DNA of 64,000 bases from Eledone cirrhosa. Lineage: Eukaryota. The position numbers were made by a program, and so were the translations under genes. Location of the stretch: assembly GCA_964016885.1 (NCBI GenBank), contig OZ024750.1, positions 47,616,001 through 47,680,000 on the forward strand, written 5' to 3'. Positions 1 to 14,388 of this stretch are shown here, one piece after another. Every line of letters begins with the position of its first letter. The stretch's first letter is position 1. Below the pieces are notes generated by a model. That model worked only from the letters and a program-made list of their open reading frames with translations, had not been told where the DNA came from and ran no database searches.

Positions 1-851
1 CGCCATTTCTCTATATATCGCCTGAAAATTCTAATTTATTCGTCTGTTCGACTATGGGACACATACGCTATTTCCATAATTTTAACTATGTGAAGGGCAT
101 CCCTCTTCAGGTCAGAATACAGCCCATGCTGGTTTTAGTTATTGGAGGTGAGAGAATAACTATAAATGGTTGTATTTGAAAAATCTAATTTTGAACCATA
201 TTTCATTTGTTGACTTGTAAAGTTTGAAAGACGAAAGACTTTCTGTGAGATTTGAATTCAGAACACAGCGAAGTGAACAAGGGATGTACATAATTCTATC
301 TGAAGACATAACAACGCAGGTACTTTAATTCTGAATGTAAATATATAAGAGATGACTGTAGCTCATTTTGTTTCTTGTAATTTCGGCAAACCATATCTTA
401 AAATTGATAATTGTGCCTAACAGGTGCACAATGTCATACATGTTAGTAAAAGGTTTGCCAATTAACATTATCTCATTTCTTGATTGGTAGAGAGCATGGA
501 AAGATAAATAATAATGGTATACTTAGTGATGCGTTAACTTAGAATGTTATGAATGACAATAACTCCTCGGTATGCATATGGCTTGTCAGATCTCTAAATA
601 AATATGAAGGCAAAAATCATTGTCGAGCTATAGCCTGTCACTAGCAAATATAGTGTAAGTTAGCATGTAGCAGGCATAACAGCATCCTCGATGGAAGAAC
701 ATGGGAAGCCAAACGAGATCTGCAAAATTAAATTGATTTCGCTTTTCGACTAAAAGTGTTTATGATAATGAAATACATGTCAACGTTTGTACAATGTTAG
801 TGAAATATACTCAGTTCTGCAAGGAGACTGGTAGCTTTGCTATGATAAGAG

Positions 852-1030
<179 letters not shown>

Positions 1031-1684
1031 AAAATAGCAATCATATGATACTTCATATGATAGAATATTATGAGAAAGGATTTCTTAAATTCGGACATTT
1101 TGTTATAATGTAAAACATATGTGTTAACCAGGAGTACTCAATGCATGTGTACCATTATATATATATTTGAATGTGAAAGCATCTCCCTGTTTATGTCAAG
1201 GCATCTAAATTATTGTCGGAAAAATACAAATTCGTGGTGTATTTTCAAGATAATAAATATAACGATGATGATATATTGTTTTATCATAAGATCTTAAGAC
1301 TTTCAGAAGATATAATGATAATGATAAAGATGGTACTATTATCAAATAATAATAGTAATTATTATTATATTCGTATATTGTTTTGTGTTTCAACAATCCG
1401 ACTACAAATCTCAACCAGAGATGTTGGAGACAACAAATTATACGTTTGTTTTTTGTTGTTTTTTGACATTATGAATAGGAATAAGGATAAGTTAATAACT
1501 TTTAATAGGATAAGTTGATAACTTTTAATAGGATAAGTTGATAACTTTGAGGTTTTGCGGAAGTATGTAATTCGATAATAGAGGTTTGTGCTTTAACTCT
1601 TTGCCTTGTGTTCGTAAGAAATATTGCTTTAGAAAATATATGCCTAAAAATAATATCACCAGTTGTTGTTTGACGTTATTTCCC

Positions 1685-1703
1685 TTACTACTACTACTAC
1701 TAT

Positions 1704-1759
<56 letters not shown>

Positions 1760-2010
1760 ATATTACTACTACTACTAGTACTACTACTACTACTACTACT
1801 GCTGCTGCTACTGCTACTACCACTACCACTACTGCTGCTGCTGCTGCTACTGCTACTACTACTACTACTAGTACTACCACTACTACTACTACTGCTGCTG
1901 CTGCTACTACTACTACTACTACTACTACTATTACTACTACTACTACTACTACTACTAATACTACTACTACTACTCATGTTGTTGCTACTGCTACTACTAC
2001 TGCTACTACT
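1685..2010. repeat. (CTA)n/(CTG)n trinucleotide microsatellite
   Basis: Directly visible; source of the poly-S/L/T/V ORFs. Confidence 0.95.
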
Positions 2011-2560
2011 ATATGCTACTATCAGTGTTATTATCACTGTTATTATTATCATAGGTATACTGTCTTAGCACACTAGAGCGACAGACAGGAGCTTAGCGGT
2101 AGTTTTCCTGCTTCTTTAAGTTCTCAGTCCCTCACCCCTCGATATAAGTGTATTTCCATCCTTCCGAGTTTTTAAAGAAAATACCTGTAACCTACTGCTT
2201 ATATTCAGTCGACTTTCCACTTCCTAGCAAATAGCATGCCTTATGCTTACAGTAGAAATCAGTATTATTCTCAAGGCTGTTATTTTTGTTGTATTGTCAT
2301 GGCAACCAAAAAATAAATAACAAAAACAATGATAATAACAATAATAACTCTATCAACAAGAATCCAACTCTTTTCTAATATCTAAAACAATTCATTTCAT
2401 TTATATTACCTTCAATACGTCCTTATTCTAATATATTTAACATTTCTGCTTCTGAATTATTCACGATATATATACATATGTACATCAAATACTTATATAG
2501 GTTATAACACAGGCACACCTATATGAGGGAGAGAGAGAGAGATAGAGAGAGATATAGAGA

Positions 2561-2628
<68 letters not shown>

Positions 2629-3944
2629 GAGAGAGAGATACAGAGAAAGAGCGTGGGCATAGAGGTAAAGCTATACATACAAACTCATATATACTTATAA
2701 ATATATGCTTATATATATGGCTTCTTAATTGCTCGAGAAAAAAATATGGCAAGGCCGTATTGCATTTTCGCAGTTGATGGTACTGGGAAAAGAAGGAATG
2801 AGTAATCGTGCCAGGAACAAAGTAAGAACTGGAAAGATAATTTAAGAGAAACAACGGGAAACAGAAAGTATGAGGGGGAAAAGAGGGAGAGAAAGAGAGA
2901 ACGAGATTGAAGGAAAGGAAAGTGGAGATAATGTGTTTGAATATAAATAAAATCCAAACAAACGATATATTAAAGTAATTGCTTCCGTATAGAAATATAT
3001 ATGAATATTCCAGTATTGTGTATATGAGGAACAACACACAGGGTGGTTCATTTACCAAGGTTGGAAAGCGTTAAATATGGCTTGCGCATTTCTTCACTCT
3101 AAGTTCATATCCCTCCCAGGTCCACTGTGTTTTCATTTGTTCGGAGTAGATAAAGAATGTAGATCCCAATGTCAATATAGCCGTATATTCTTCCGATGAA
3201 TTTCTTCTCTCTGCTGCATTGGCTCAAAGGAGGGAAGGCTCAATTGATATCTCTGATTTCTCATGATTGCATGTGCACCTAAAGCCCTTTAAGAAAGCAC
3301 GGTCGATACTCTCCAGTCATGCTGAATTGTGACTGACGGCTCTCGTTAACTTGTTTAGAACCAGACAAGAATGAAATGGTGAGGCCCTCAGCCAACCAAT
3401 TACAATTTATGAGACATATAAGGTACTGCTATAAAAAGGATTGTTTCAGCAAATTAGAAATACAACAATAATGACATTTATATTTAGTACGTATTCACAT
3501 TTAGCCCTCATGCAACTATGTTGTATCTCATAAGTTGAATGCCGGGGGCTTTAATTAGAGGCGTTCCAATATCATCCCGTCTCTAAGAGCAAGGGAAACT
3601 GATGTTACTTGCTCATCAATACAACGCTTTAGTCAGATCTGTGAAATGAATCCAATACACTAACAACTAGCCGACATGCCGAGATACTATACGTGAGTAT
3701 GTAAACTTATATAAATATATATCATAGACTTAAAGTTGTTATCTTTGTCAAGTTAATGTTAAGTTCTCTACGAGGTGATCAAAAGACCGTACGTCATCTC
3801 CAGTCCATGGCGTTAAAGCTTGTGTGACAGCTCCCACCTATACAGGTTTAGCTGGCCTCCTCCAATGTATATCTCGTTGGAGGTGTCTTGGGTGATTTTA
3901 TATTAGGGACCACAGTCTTTTTATATCATTTCTACTGCTGAGTA

Positions 3945-4046
3945 AACTGGATCAACGTGAAATAAAGTATCTTGCTCAAGTAAACAACACATCACCCGGT
4001 CTATTGCAAGCTCAATTCTCTAACCACTAAGCCATGCACCTTCACT
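3945..4046 (-). mobile_element. 5' part of a tRNA-derived SINE (second SINE family), degenerate
   Basis: Minus strand reads GTGAAGGTGCATGGCTTAGTGGTTAGAG (A-box-like TGGCTTAGTGG) followed by TTGAGCAAGATACTTTATTTCAC. Similar pieces lie near 14610-14735 (-), 29130-29250 (+) and 42530-42655 (+). Confidence 0.5.
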
Positions 4047-4715
4047 AAACCATGCGTTAAAGGAATGTGAATAAAGTGCATCATGGGGTTCAATTAGATC
4101 TGTTTCTATGACCGGTACATATTTTCAACTGAGCCGTCTAAAGCAACAGGAAATTAAACGTTTTAATCAATAACACGACGCACTATATGGTTAAGGAATA
4201 GAACTGATGACATTATGATCACACGTTTAAGACACTTATCAATGTGTCATGACAGATAGAATGAAACCCAATCAACCAACAAGTAAAACATTTGAAAACT
4301 GAAATTAGTTCATCAAGATGGCGCTTATGTCATTTTTATGCCATACTAATAACAACAATGAAACAACAAACACATAAACGGAAAATAAACATCAACGGTT
4401 ATAATAAAAAGAAAAACATTGATTTTACCAATACAACATGCTAGCGTTACTATGGTGATTGTAATTCTCTTAAATGAAAAACATGTAATTTGGATGCTGT
4501 ATCTCGTTTTTGTAAAGTAGTATTTTTTTTATCTGTCCATATTTACTTTCTCGTCTCCTATGACGAATGTATCACGTGACATTTCTCCTTAGCTTTCTGC
4601 ATTCTCGTTTTATCTCCACTCTCTTCTTAATATCCTCATCAAATATCGTCTCAGCAAGTGCATTATATATTTCTTGTGAGCAATTACTGATTTTCATTTT
4701 CTTCGTCAAAATCGG

Positions 4716-4796
<81 letters not shown>

Positions 4797-4875
4797 ATGC
4801 TGCTGCTGCTGCTGCAACTACTGCTACTACTACTGCTACTACTCCTACTAGTACTACTACTACTACTACTACTAT

Positions 4876-4971
<96 letters not shown>

Positions 4972-4978
4972 TAATAAT
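4716..4978. repeat. (CTA)n/(TAA)n microsatellite adjoining the SINE tail
   Basis: Directly visible. Confidence 0.95.
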
Positions 4979-5166
4979 TGTTTCTACTTTTGGCACAAGG
5001 CCAGCAATTACCCAGTTCATTACTGGTACTTTACTTCATCGACCCCATGAGGATGAAAGTCAAAGTTAACTTTGGCGGGAATTGAACTCAGAATGACAAG
5101 GGACGTAACTCTATGCGTCAAAGCATGGCGTCCGACCCTCTACCGATACTGCCAATCCACCGCCCT
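4975..5166 (-). mobile_element. tRNA-derived SINE with (ATT)n tail
   Basis: Minus strand TGGCAGTATCGGTAGAG (A box) ... GAGTTCAATTCC (B box) ... CCTTGTGCCAAAAGTAGAAACAATTATT. Close copies lie at 33345, 41815, 11490 and 43115. Confidence 0.8.
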
Positions 5167-5175
5167 CTAATAATA

Positions 5176-8100
5176 GTATTGGTTGACACTCGTCCTAGGA
5201 GTGGTAACACGAAATGATTACCACGTGGTGGTTAAGGATAAAACGCAACAAAATAAAGCTAATTCCAAATGATAAAAACTCATACCGGATCGGCCGTCAC
5301 CCGTGTTTAAAAGGTCCGCGTCCCTCAGAGAGGAACCAGACTGGGGTCGAAAAATCAGCTAATGGTTCAAACCTTCCCATCAATTCGGAGCTGGAGTCCT
5401 CCCATAACTGGAATACACGTACTGTTAGACCTCCATGCTCACCACCAAGAAATCCAAAGAAAAACAGAGAAAAATGATCAAGGGAAGACAATAAAGAAGT
5501 CATTGACCCATTAAATAGATCGAATACAGAACAGACATATATCAACTGGAAAAAGAAACATCCCGAGGCTATATTGACTTTAACAAACTAGCCAATATAC
5601 GAAAAAATATTGTTAAGAAAAAGTTACTAACTGATATAGAAATTGATCAGATCAAGCAATTAGCACAAAGTCAGGGAAGGGAAAATGAAACATGTGTCAG
5701 TGAAAACGAGGTAAATTGTAACACTTCGAATCCCAGGGTTGGGGCGGAATCACTGACAGCAGAACAAATTAAAGAAAGGATCGAAAAAGTGGAAGGAGTG
5801 CATGCTCAAGATAGTATTCAAAATGGAAACAATGAGATCGGAAATGATAAAGAAATGAATGAGAATGAACTCGCCAGCTGGAAGAATGAAATTATGATCG
5901 AATGGATGAAAATGAAAGAATCTAACATGAGGGAACGAGACTCTAAGACCCAGAACTCCAAACAGGACCAAAAGATAATACACAAGACTAACATAATTCT
6001 CAAAAAATATTATCATCATAAACAAACTAAACATTACAGATTTAAATCATCTCTATTATGCATCGGCTAAAGTCACCACTCACTTATGTGGAGTGACAAT
6101 GAAAAGAACAAAATAATTCCCACAAGAACCCTACTTGACAAGAGAACATCAATCGCCAAATAAGCATTCTCCGATCTGACAGAAATGTTAACAAACTACA
6201 AAGTAGGTAAACATATTAAACAAACTAAACTTAGAAAATTGAAAAGAAAAGACAATATAAAATCAACAAGTGACATAGACATGCTGATAAAAACAATGAA
6301 GCAAAAAGTGTCGGCCAAAGCTGCTTGTATAAAGCGCTTTGAAAAAATATCACGATTCTATAAGGACAATAATAGGTACAAAAGCAACCAAAGAAACTTC
6401 TACAGAAAAATTGGCAAGTCAACAATAACTGCTAAATCAATACCACCCAAGGAGGAAGTGCAAGAATTCTGGGAAAAGATCTGAGCCGAAGAAAAAGGTT
6501 CATAATACACATTCCCCATGGATAGACAGACAAATTAAAGATACAGCTCACCTTGAGATACAAACATGGGACTATACAACAGTTGAACAGTTGCGTGTAG
6601 CTCTTAGAAAAAGCAGCAAATGTATATCCGCAGGAAAAGAAAAAATACCACATTTGTGGATAAATGCCTTCACACAGTATCATGAGCTGTTAGCCCAACT
6701 TTACAATGAAATAGTTAAGGAGCCAGAAAATATACCATCATGGCTAGTTAACGGCATTACCTTCCTACTTCTGAAGAATGATGAAACAAACAATCCCAAT
6801 AATTACAGACCCATAACTTGCTTGACCACAATGTATAAAGTTTTAACATCAATCATAACTGTATATACATATGACCACCTGATATGAAATGATCTATTTC
6901 CCATTGAGCAGAAGGGTGTAAACGAGGCTCATATGGCTGTAAAGATCAGCTTTGGGTGAACAAAATGATACTGGAAGATTGTCATAATAGACACAAACAT
7001 CTATCAATTGCCTGGATAGAGTACAACATATCATTCGATAGTTTGCCACACAGTTGGATTGAAAAATGTTTAGAGGTTTTCAAAATATCTCCCGTTGTCA
7101 GGAGGTTCCTGTCATTCAGTATGAAGACATGGAAAACGACCAGAAATCACTTGAAGCTGGAGCAGTTAATATTAATTGTGGAATTTTTCAAGGTGACTCT
7201 TTATCACCGCTTTTATTCTGCATCGCATTTATACCATTAAGTAAAATGTTCAATGAAACAAAACATGGATATAAAGTCTATGACAAAACCATTAATCGCT
7301 TGTTCTGCATGGATGACCTGAAACTACTTGCAAAAAATGATGAACAATTGCAAGGGCTATTATCTACCGTGAAGCAGTACAGTGATGACATTGAAATGGA
7401 GTTTGGACTAGATAAATGCGCCAAAGCAATGTTCCCCAGAGGAAAGTGGCTGAATAGTTCAGACACTAATCTTGATCGGGGTATGGTGATAAGAGAACTT
7501 GATCAAGAGGAAACTTACAAATATCTAGGTGTTTGTGAAGGAGACGGAATCAAGCACTCGACAATGAGGGAAAGGATAAGGAAGGAATGTTACCGCAGTT
7601 TAAAAGCAATCTTTAGAACGGAATTGAATGCAAGGAACAGGATCGATGGCATAAACACTCTTGGCATACCAGTAGTAACCTACAGTTACAATGTCATCAA
7701 CTGGTCAAGCACAGAGATCCGTAGGCTCGATACACAATTTAGAAAATTCTTAACCATTCATAGAATTGTTCACCCTAAGGCAGATACAGATAGAACATAT
7801 CTCCCTAGGAAAGAAGGAGGACGTGGGTTAATACAGTTATATATTTCTTTGAAAACTGCAACAATTGGATTATCTACATATCTAAGGGAATCACATGATT
7901 GGATGATCAAACTCGTTTTGAAACAGGAAAGCATCAAAAGATCATACTCCATTACAAAAGATGCACAAAGATACAGTAATGAAATACACATTTGAGAATT
8001 CCTTTTACTGCTGAAATTAAAATAACAGAAAAAGCAAAGCAGGTAAAAGTAACTGTAAAGAAAGAACTGCAACAGAAACTGGCTAAGAAATGGCAAGAAA

Positions 8101-8998
8101 AGCCCCCGTATGGAAAATACACAGAAAGAGCTAACAATCCTGATGTTGACAAAACTTTAACCCATCAGTGGTTGGCATCCTCTGGACTGAAATCGGAGAC
8201 TGAAGGACTGATTATATACGCACAAGATCAGTATCTGCCAACAAAAAATTAACAAGCCAACATAATAAAAAATGGATGCAGCCCATTATGCCGTGTATGC
8301 AAAAAACAACCAGAGACCATTGACCATATAATTTCAATGTGCAGTCCTATAGCTCCAACCGAATACCTAAACAGGCATGACAGAGCTGCACGATACATAC
8401 ATTGGATAATGTGTAAGCATTTTGACCTGCCCCATCAAAAGAATTGGTGGGAGCATCAACCACCTCCCATACTTGAAAAAGATCACATCTCAATCTTGTG
8501 GAACTTTAGCATCCAAACAGACCGAAAAATAGATGCAAATAGACCTAATATAATAGTGAAGGACTTTCAAAAGAGGGTATGCCTGCTAATTGATATGTCC
8601 GTTCCAATAGATAAGAATGTATCTATAAAAACATTTGAAAAATTTAGCAAGTATAACGACCTGGAGATAGAAATTGGAAAAATGTGGAAATTGAGAACTA
8701 AAACAATACCAGTGGTTGTAGGCGCTCTGGGAATGATACCTAACGGGTCTAATGATTACTTATCGCAAATCCCAGGAAACCCGCGTATAGGAGAAATACA
8801 AAAGATAGTACTAATGGGAACTGCCCATATACTAAGGAAGATTCTGTCAATATAAGTACATCACAAGTCTAAACACTAAAGATGCATGTGTGAGTATGTA
8901 TGTTCTTTCTTGAAGATGGCGGACCTTGTTGTCTCTTGAGGTCACTGGTTGTGACTTGGTGATAACTCGTATGAATATAAAGCAAGATAAATGCAACT

Positions 8999-9000
<2 letters not shown>
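5176..9000 (+). mobile_element. Near full-length Dong/R4-like non-LTR retrotransposon (RT + CCHC zinc knuckle + restriction-like endonuclease), disrupted
   Basis: ORF fragments at 6185-8855 contain NYRPITCL, GIFQGDSLSPLLF, LFCMDDLKL, YKYLG, GGRGL, CRVC..ETIDHIISMC, RHD and RPNI..LLIDMSVP..K..KY, with several stops and frameshifts. It begins after TAATAAT and ends in (TAA)n at 9000-9029. Confidence 0.9.
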
Positions 9001-9032
<32 letters not shown>

Positions 9033-9142
9033 TTTCTTTATTAATCACAAGGGTTTACATAAAGCAGACATTAAGGACAGTGCAGGACAATACAGGACGG
9101 TACAAATGGGCATGTCTGCTTGTAAAACACAAAAACAGAGGA

Positions 9143-9176
<34 letters not shown>

Positions 9177-9199
9177 ATAATAATAATAATAATAATAAT

Positions 9200-11490
9200 A
9201 ATTGAGACAATACAAAAGGAGATTAGGCTTTTTGTGAACAACGAGATTAGTGAACAGGCACACCAACAAACTGATTTGAGTATCACAGTTGAAACTCTTA
9301 AGGGGCAGGCCAAAAAACTAACCAACTGGAAATCACCAGGCACAGATGGTGTGCAGGGTTATTGGATTAAAAATATAACATCCCTCCACCCGAAACTGAC
9401 AACCATTTTCAATGACTGCTTGATGTCAGGTGAGGTACCAGAGTGGTTGACAAAAGGTACCACAGTTCTGGTAATGAAAGACCGAATCAAGGGTAATGAT
9501 GTTACCAACTATAGACCTATCACATGTCTGCCCGTAATGTGGAAACTGTTGACAAGTATTGTGTCTGAGGAAATCTACCATCACCTCCACACAAACAACT
9601 TGTTACCGGACGAACAGAAATGATGCCGAAAGAAGTCCCGTGGTACAAGGGAGCAGTTACTTATTGATAATATGGTAATGAGGAATTGCAAGAGGAGACA
9701 CAGTGGTCTTGCCATGGGATAGATAGACTACAAATAGGCATTTGACATGGTGCCTCTTTCTTGGATCACCAAAATCCTAGAGATCTTCAAGGTGGCATAT
9801 AACATCAGAGAGTTGTTGGGCAAAAATATGAAGTCCTGGAAAACATCACCTGGAGAATCCTTGAGAGGCGTGAGCTTCAAGAGAGGTATCTTCCAGAGAG
9901 ATAGTCTGTCCTCTATGTTGTTTGCCCTTGCCCTGATGCCCCTGACCATTATACTGCGAAAAATGAGAGCAGGATACAAGTTGGGAAAGGGAGAGCTTAC
10001 CATAATCACCTCCTCTTCGTGGACAATCTTAAGCTCTTCGGGAACAGTGAGAAGGAGTTGGATGTGCTTGTTGACACTGTCCGTATTTTCAGCAATGACA
10101 TATGTATGCAATTTGTTATTAGTAAGTGTGGAGTCCTCGTGATGAAGAGGGGTAAATTGAGCAGAAGCAACGGAATCCAGGTACCAACAGGTGAGATGAT
10201 AAAGGAAATTGACACTGAAGAAGGATACAAGTATTTGGGGGTTCTGGAGGTTGATGACATGAAGATCAAAAAACATGAAGGATCTGATAAGATCTGAATA
10301 CATTCGGAGAGTAAGGAGCGTATTAAAGTCACATCCGAACAGTAGAAATGCCATGAGTGCAGTAAATTCCCGAGCTGTGTATATTATTAGGTACAGTTGG
10401 GAATTCTGAGATGGAATGTTGCTGAACAAAAAGAAATGGATAGGAAGACTAGGAAGCTATTTACTATCTACAACATGTCCCACAAGAGGAGTGATGTCGA
10501 TAGACTCTACTTAAGGAGATCTGAAGGTGGAAGAGGTCTTATCAGCATAGAGGACTGTGTTCAGATGGACAAAAACAACCTACACAAATACGTGACTGAT
10601 AGTAAGGTGCTAATGCTCAGAATTGTACTGAAGGAGAGGACAATAGACCAGGGGATGTCCAAGGAGGAAATAACAACAAGGAGAAAGAGCAGCCTTCATG
10701 AAAAATCCTTCTTAGTAGCTTATTTGACAAAACTGAATTCAGAGATCCATAGACATGGAACTGGTTGAAAAGAGGAGACCTTAAAAAGGCTACAGAAGGA
10801 ATGCTAATAGCTGCGCAAGAGCAGGCCCTCAAAATGAAGGGGTTGAAACACCATATTTACAAGGAGGAGGTTAGCCCACTGTGCATGATCTGTGGAGAGA
10901 GAGAGGAGACTGTGGCTCACATTCTATCCGAGTGTAAATACCTAGCCCAGACTCACTATAACGGCTGCAGACATGATGTGATGGGCAGGGTGATCCACTG
11001 GCACCTATGCAAAGTAAACAATTTACCACATTCTGAGAAGTAGTATGAGCATAAGCCAGAGTGGGTGATAGAAAATGATCAGGTGAAGGTGCTGTGGGAT
11101 TTTAGGATACACACGGACAAGAAACTGGAACACAATAGACCTGACCTGGTGGTTTGGGACAAGGAAAAAAGATCGTGCCTGATTGTGGATGTGGCCTGCC
11201 CATTCGACACGAGAGTGCAAGAGAAGGAGAGGGAGAAAATTAACCGATACCATGATTGTCATAGGCGCACTAGGTACTATCTCAAAAAGTTTCCAGGGAT
11301 GGTTAAATAAAATTGGCCCCGCCATGGTTTTTGGAACATTTCAAAATGCATGCTTGCTGGGAACAGCAAGAACCCTCCGATACGTCCTGAATATCTGAAG
11401 CTGCAGGTAGTGGCTTGATATTCATTTCAACAAACTTTCCAGTTAACTAACATCAATGACTGAGACTCAAAGAACAATAATAATGATAAT
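9200..11490 (+). mobile_element. 5'-truncated Dong/R4-like RLE retrotransposon, second family, disrupted
   Basis: NWKSPGTDG, NYRPITCL, RGIFQRDSLS, YKYLG, EGGRGL, CMICGEREETVAHILSEC, RHD and RPDLVV..IVDVACP. Flanked by TAA repeats at 9174-9200 and about 11475-11490. Confidence 0.9.
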
Positions 11491-11685
11491 TATAGTGGTT
11501 TCTTATATAGACAGAAGGGCATTAATTTTTGGAGGAGCAAGTCGATTAAATGGACCACAGTGCATGACTGGTACTTTATTTCGTCGACCTTGTAAGGATG
11601 AAAGGCAAAGTTAACCTCGCCGAGATTTGAACTCAGATCATAAAGAGCCGTAACTCTATGCTGCACAGAATAACGTCCGATACTG
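11490..11685 (-). mobile_element. tRNA-derived SINE, same family as 4975-5166
   Basis: Shares ACTGGTACTT..ATT..TCGAC..AGGATGAAAGGCAAAGTTAACCTCG..GATTTGAACTCAG with the other copies. Confidence 0.7.
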
Positions 11686-11989
11686 AAAATCTACTATAAT
11701 AATAATACAACAATTAATACTATTACCACAATCAGTGTTACTCTTATGATAGAGAATGGTGCTGGTTTTGGAGATGTTTGGGACAAGGGACTTTACCGAC
11801 CAGGAATATATTAACATTATATGTTTAGATATACATGTGTGTGTGTAAGTGAAACTTTGCATTTATCTGTGTCCTTGCATTACTGTCTATATATCTTAAA
11901 ATATTTATCAAAGAGTCCCTTAAATTATCTCCTCCCAACGTAAAAACCGCCATTCTTCCAACCAGAGAAATCTAGTGTTTTACAAATAC

Positions 11990-12135
11990 AACCGCTTCTC
12001 CTAATAATTTTCTTTGAATGAAACAGTTCTAGTCGTGCAGAACCCGTTTCTATATTAAACATAGTATTTACTCGCTTATAATGTGTTGAATAACATAGTA
12101 ACTCGGTTCTCCACCTATTGAACCCGGGACTCACT
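11990..12135 (+). mobile_element. Degenerate copy of HHR-bearing short family D (compare 27586 and 29785)
   Basis: TGAATGAAACAGTTCTAGTCGTGCAGAA ... TGTGTTGAATAAC ... AACCCGGGAC matches family D. Confidence 0.55.
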
Positions 12136-12210
12136 AACCCACAAATGGTGACACACACTCACGCACACACACACACACATACGTATATATATAGACACAC
12201 ACACACACGT

Positions 12211-12321
<111 letters not shown>

Positions 12322-13017
12322 ACTGTATACATATATAATGGTGAACTTTCGTATTCCTTTTGTAAATGAGCGAATGTTTGCAATGTCGGGTTTAAAAAAA
12401 AAAATAAATACGTTTTTGTCCATTTTCGTTAGATTGGTTCTGTACCAAATGACATTTCATTATATATCACTGTCTGACAATTGACTTTGTACAATACGTA
12501 CACTTACATTCAACATCGTGCTTCGTAATAATGCATACACAAACATCTTCACAAACATATAATATAAATGAACTTGTCTTTCTCTGTCGAATGTATTCTC
12601 ATTTACACATATACATGCACAATCTCACATACATAACCAACTCTGACATACGCACTTTCTCTCTCTCACTCTCTGTGCCACATGCATTCATAAGCACGCA
12701 CGCACTTATCCAATTTTCAGCGATCAGATACGCACTATCACACACTAATGTAAAAACAGACTCCCAAGCATGGAACAACAGAATTAACAATAGAGAGAAA
12801 TAAAAACGTCATACATGCTCAAAATGTCAATTTCTCTAACGTGTTGATAACGGGATGATATGTAATCGATAATATACCATGTGACCATTCGGTTTCATCC
12901 AAGGCAATTAGCAATTCTTGCGCACATGGAGTTCGATTATATCAAATTTATGTCGAAGTGGAAAGAAAAGATATAATAATTGACACACACACACACACAC
13001 ACGTCTCTCTCTCTCTC

Positions 13018-13083
<66 letters not shown>

Positions 13084-13210
13084 TCCATATATATATATAT
13101 ATATAATTAAATGCTCAATCAGTTCGTTTCTCTTTCGTATGCTCACTCTCTCCCTTTCATTTTCTCTCTCTCTATATATATATATATTTATATATATATA
13201 TATATATATA

Positions 13211-14388
13211 GTAATAATAATAAAATTGAAGACTAAAATCCAGAGAGGGCTCGATAAGGAAAATATATATCAAATATATAAGAATCGAAGAGCAAATATT
13301 TATTAAAATAACAGATTAAAGTTTAAGCAAAGAATCGCTGCTTTCACCCTTAACGGGATCTTCTGAAACTAACAAAGTCAATCTGTAAACACAGAACTGG
13401 ATATTTCAAAAAACGTTGCAACCGGAGGAAGACAGGAAGACGATACTTTGGTTCATGGTGACGTTCGCTGGCAAAGACCGGGAAAAAACGAATAATACGT
13501 CATTAATAGGAGCGGTGAAAAACAATTACGTGCAAAGACAAAACTACGTTTATGGTATAAAAGAGGTCGTAGACTAATGTTCTCTAAGTGGTGCATAGAG
13601 ACGTTCTCTGGCAATGAACGAAAAAACGAAGATAATAAGTCATATGTGGTGCGTGGAGAACAATAGCGTGCAAAGACAAAACCACGTGAATGGTATAGCA
13701 GAAGTCGTAGACTAAAATTCTAACTCAGAGACCGAATGAATCTCCGCTACAGAGTTAAGAACAAAGTAAATAAATACAAATACAGAAGTAATAGGATCAA
13801 ATAAATACATACACGCAAACAGATACGTACATACACAAGCATACGCAAAACCTTACCATCGGTATACAAAACCACGCACATATAAATATGTGTGTGTGTG
13901 TATGCTTGTGTACAAATAAATAAATAATTATATAAACGTATATAAGTAAATAAATACGTATATAACAAGCGCACACACATCCCTACAAATAAATACACGA
14001 TGGTGCGGAGACGTAAGTCAACTAAAACAAGAAGTACACCTACACACACCCACCATACGTACGAACTTGCATACTCACGCAGACGCAAAACTCCCATATA
14101 CACATAACCAAGCCCTAAATACCAGAATATGTAAACATTATACGCCACAACAGTCAAATATACGTACGAGAAGGTATACATACCTTCACAAAACATACGG
14201 GTAATATATACTTACCCATGCAAAAAGTAAAGGAATAAACAAAACATATACTTAGCTCCCACATCAAGACGTAAATATCCACGTGCTATCCGTTAGGCAA
14301 TTTCGGCTTGTAAACATAAATTTCACAAAACTTTCCTGTATTACAGCCCTACGTTATACCCTAACGGATAGCACGATCTATACGTGGA
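13211..14388 (-). mobile_element. 5'-truncated PLE family B: pLTR/3'UTR with a short 5' inversion
   Basis: Colinear and highly similar to 57587-58690, which lies directly downstream of a GIY-YIG ORF. Segment 14295-14388 is the reverse complement of 58657-58750. The 3' end lies in (TA)n. Confidence 0.85.
13320..13370 (-). ncRNA. Type I hammerhead-like motif with CAGAAGA (U4A) core
   Basis: AGTTT-CAGAAGA-T.CCC.GTTAA.GGG.T-GAAA-GCA.GCGATTCTT.TGC-TT-AAACT; stems I, II and III all pair. Confidence 0.65.

Noticed and set aside
1480-1548. Three tandem copies of a ~23-bp unit, as a possible CRISPR-like array
   Set aside because: There are no spacers and no cas genes, and the context is eukaryotic; this is a simple minisatellite.
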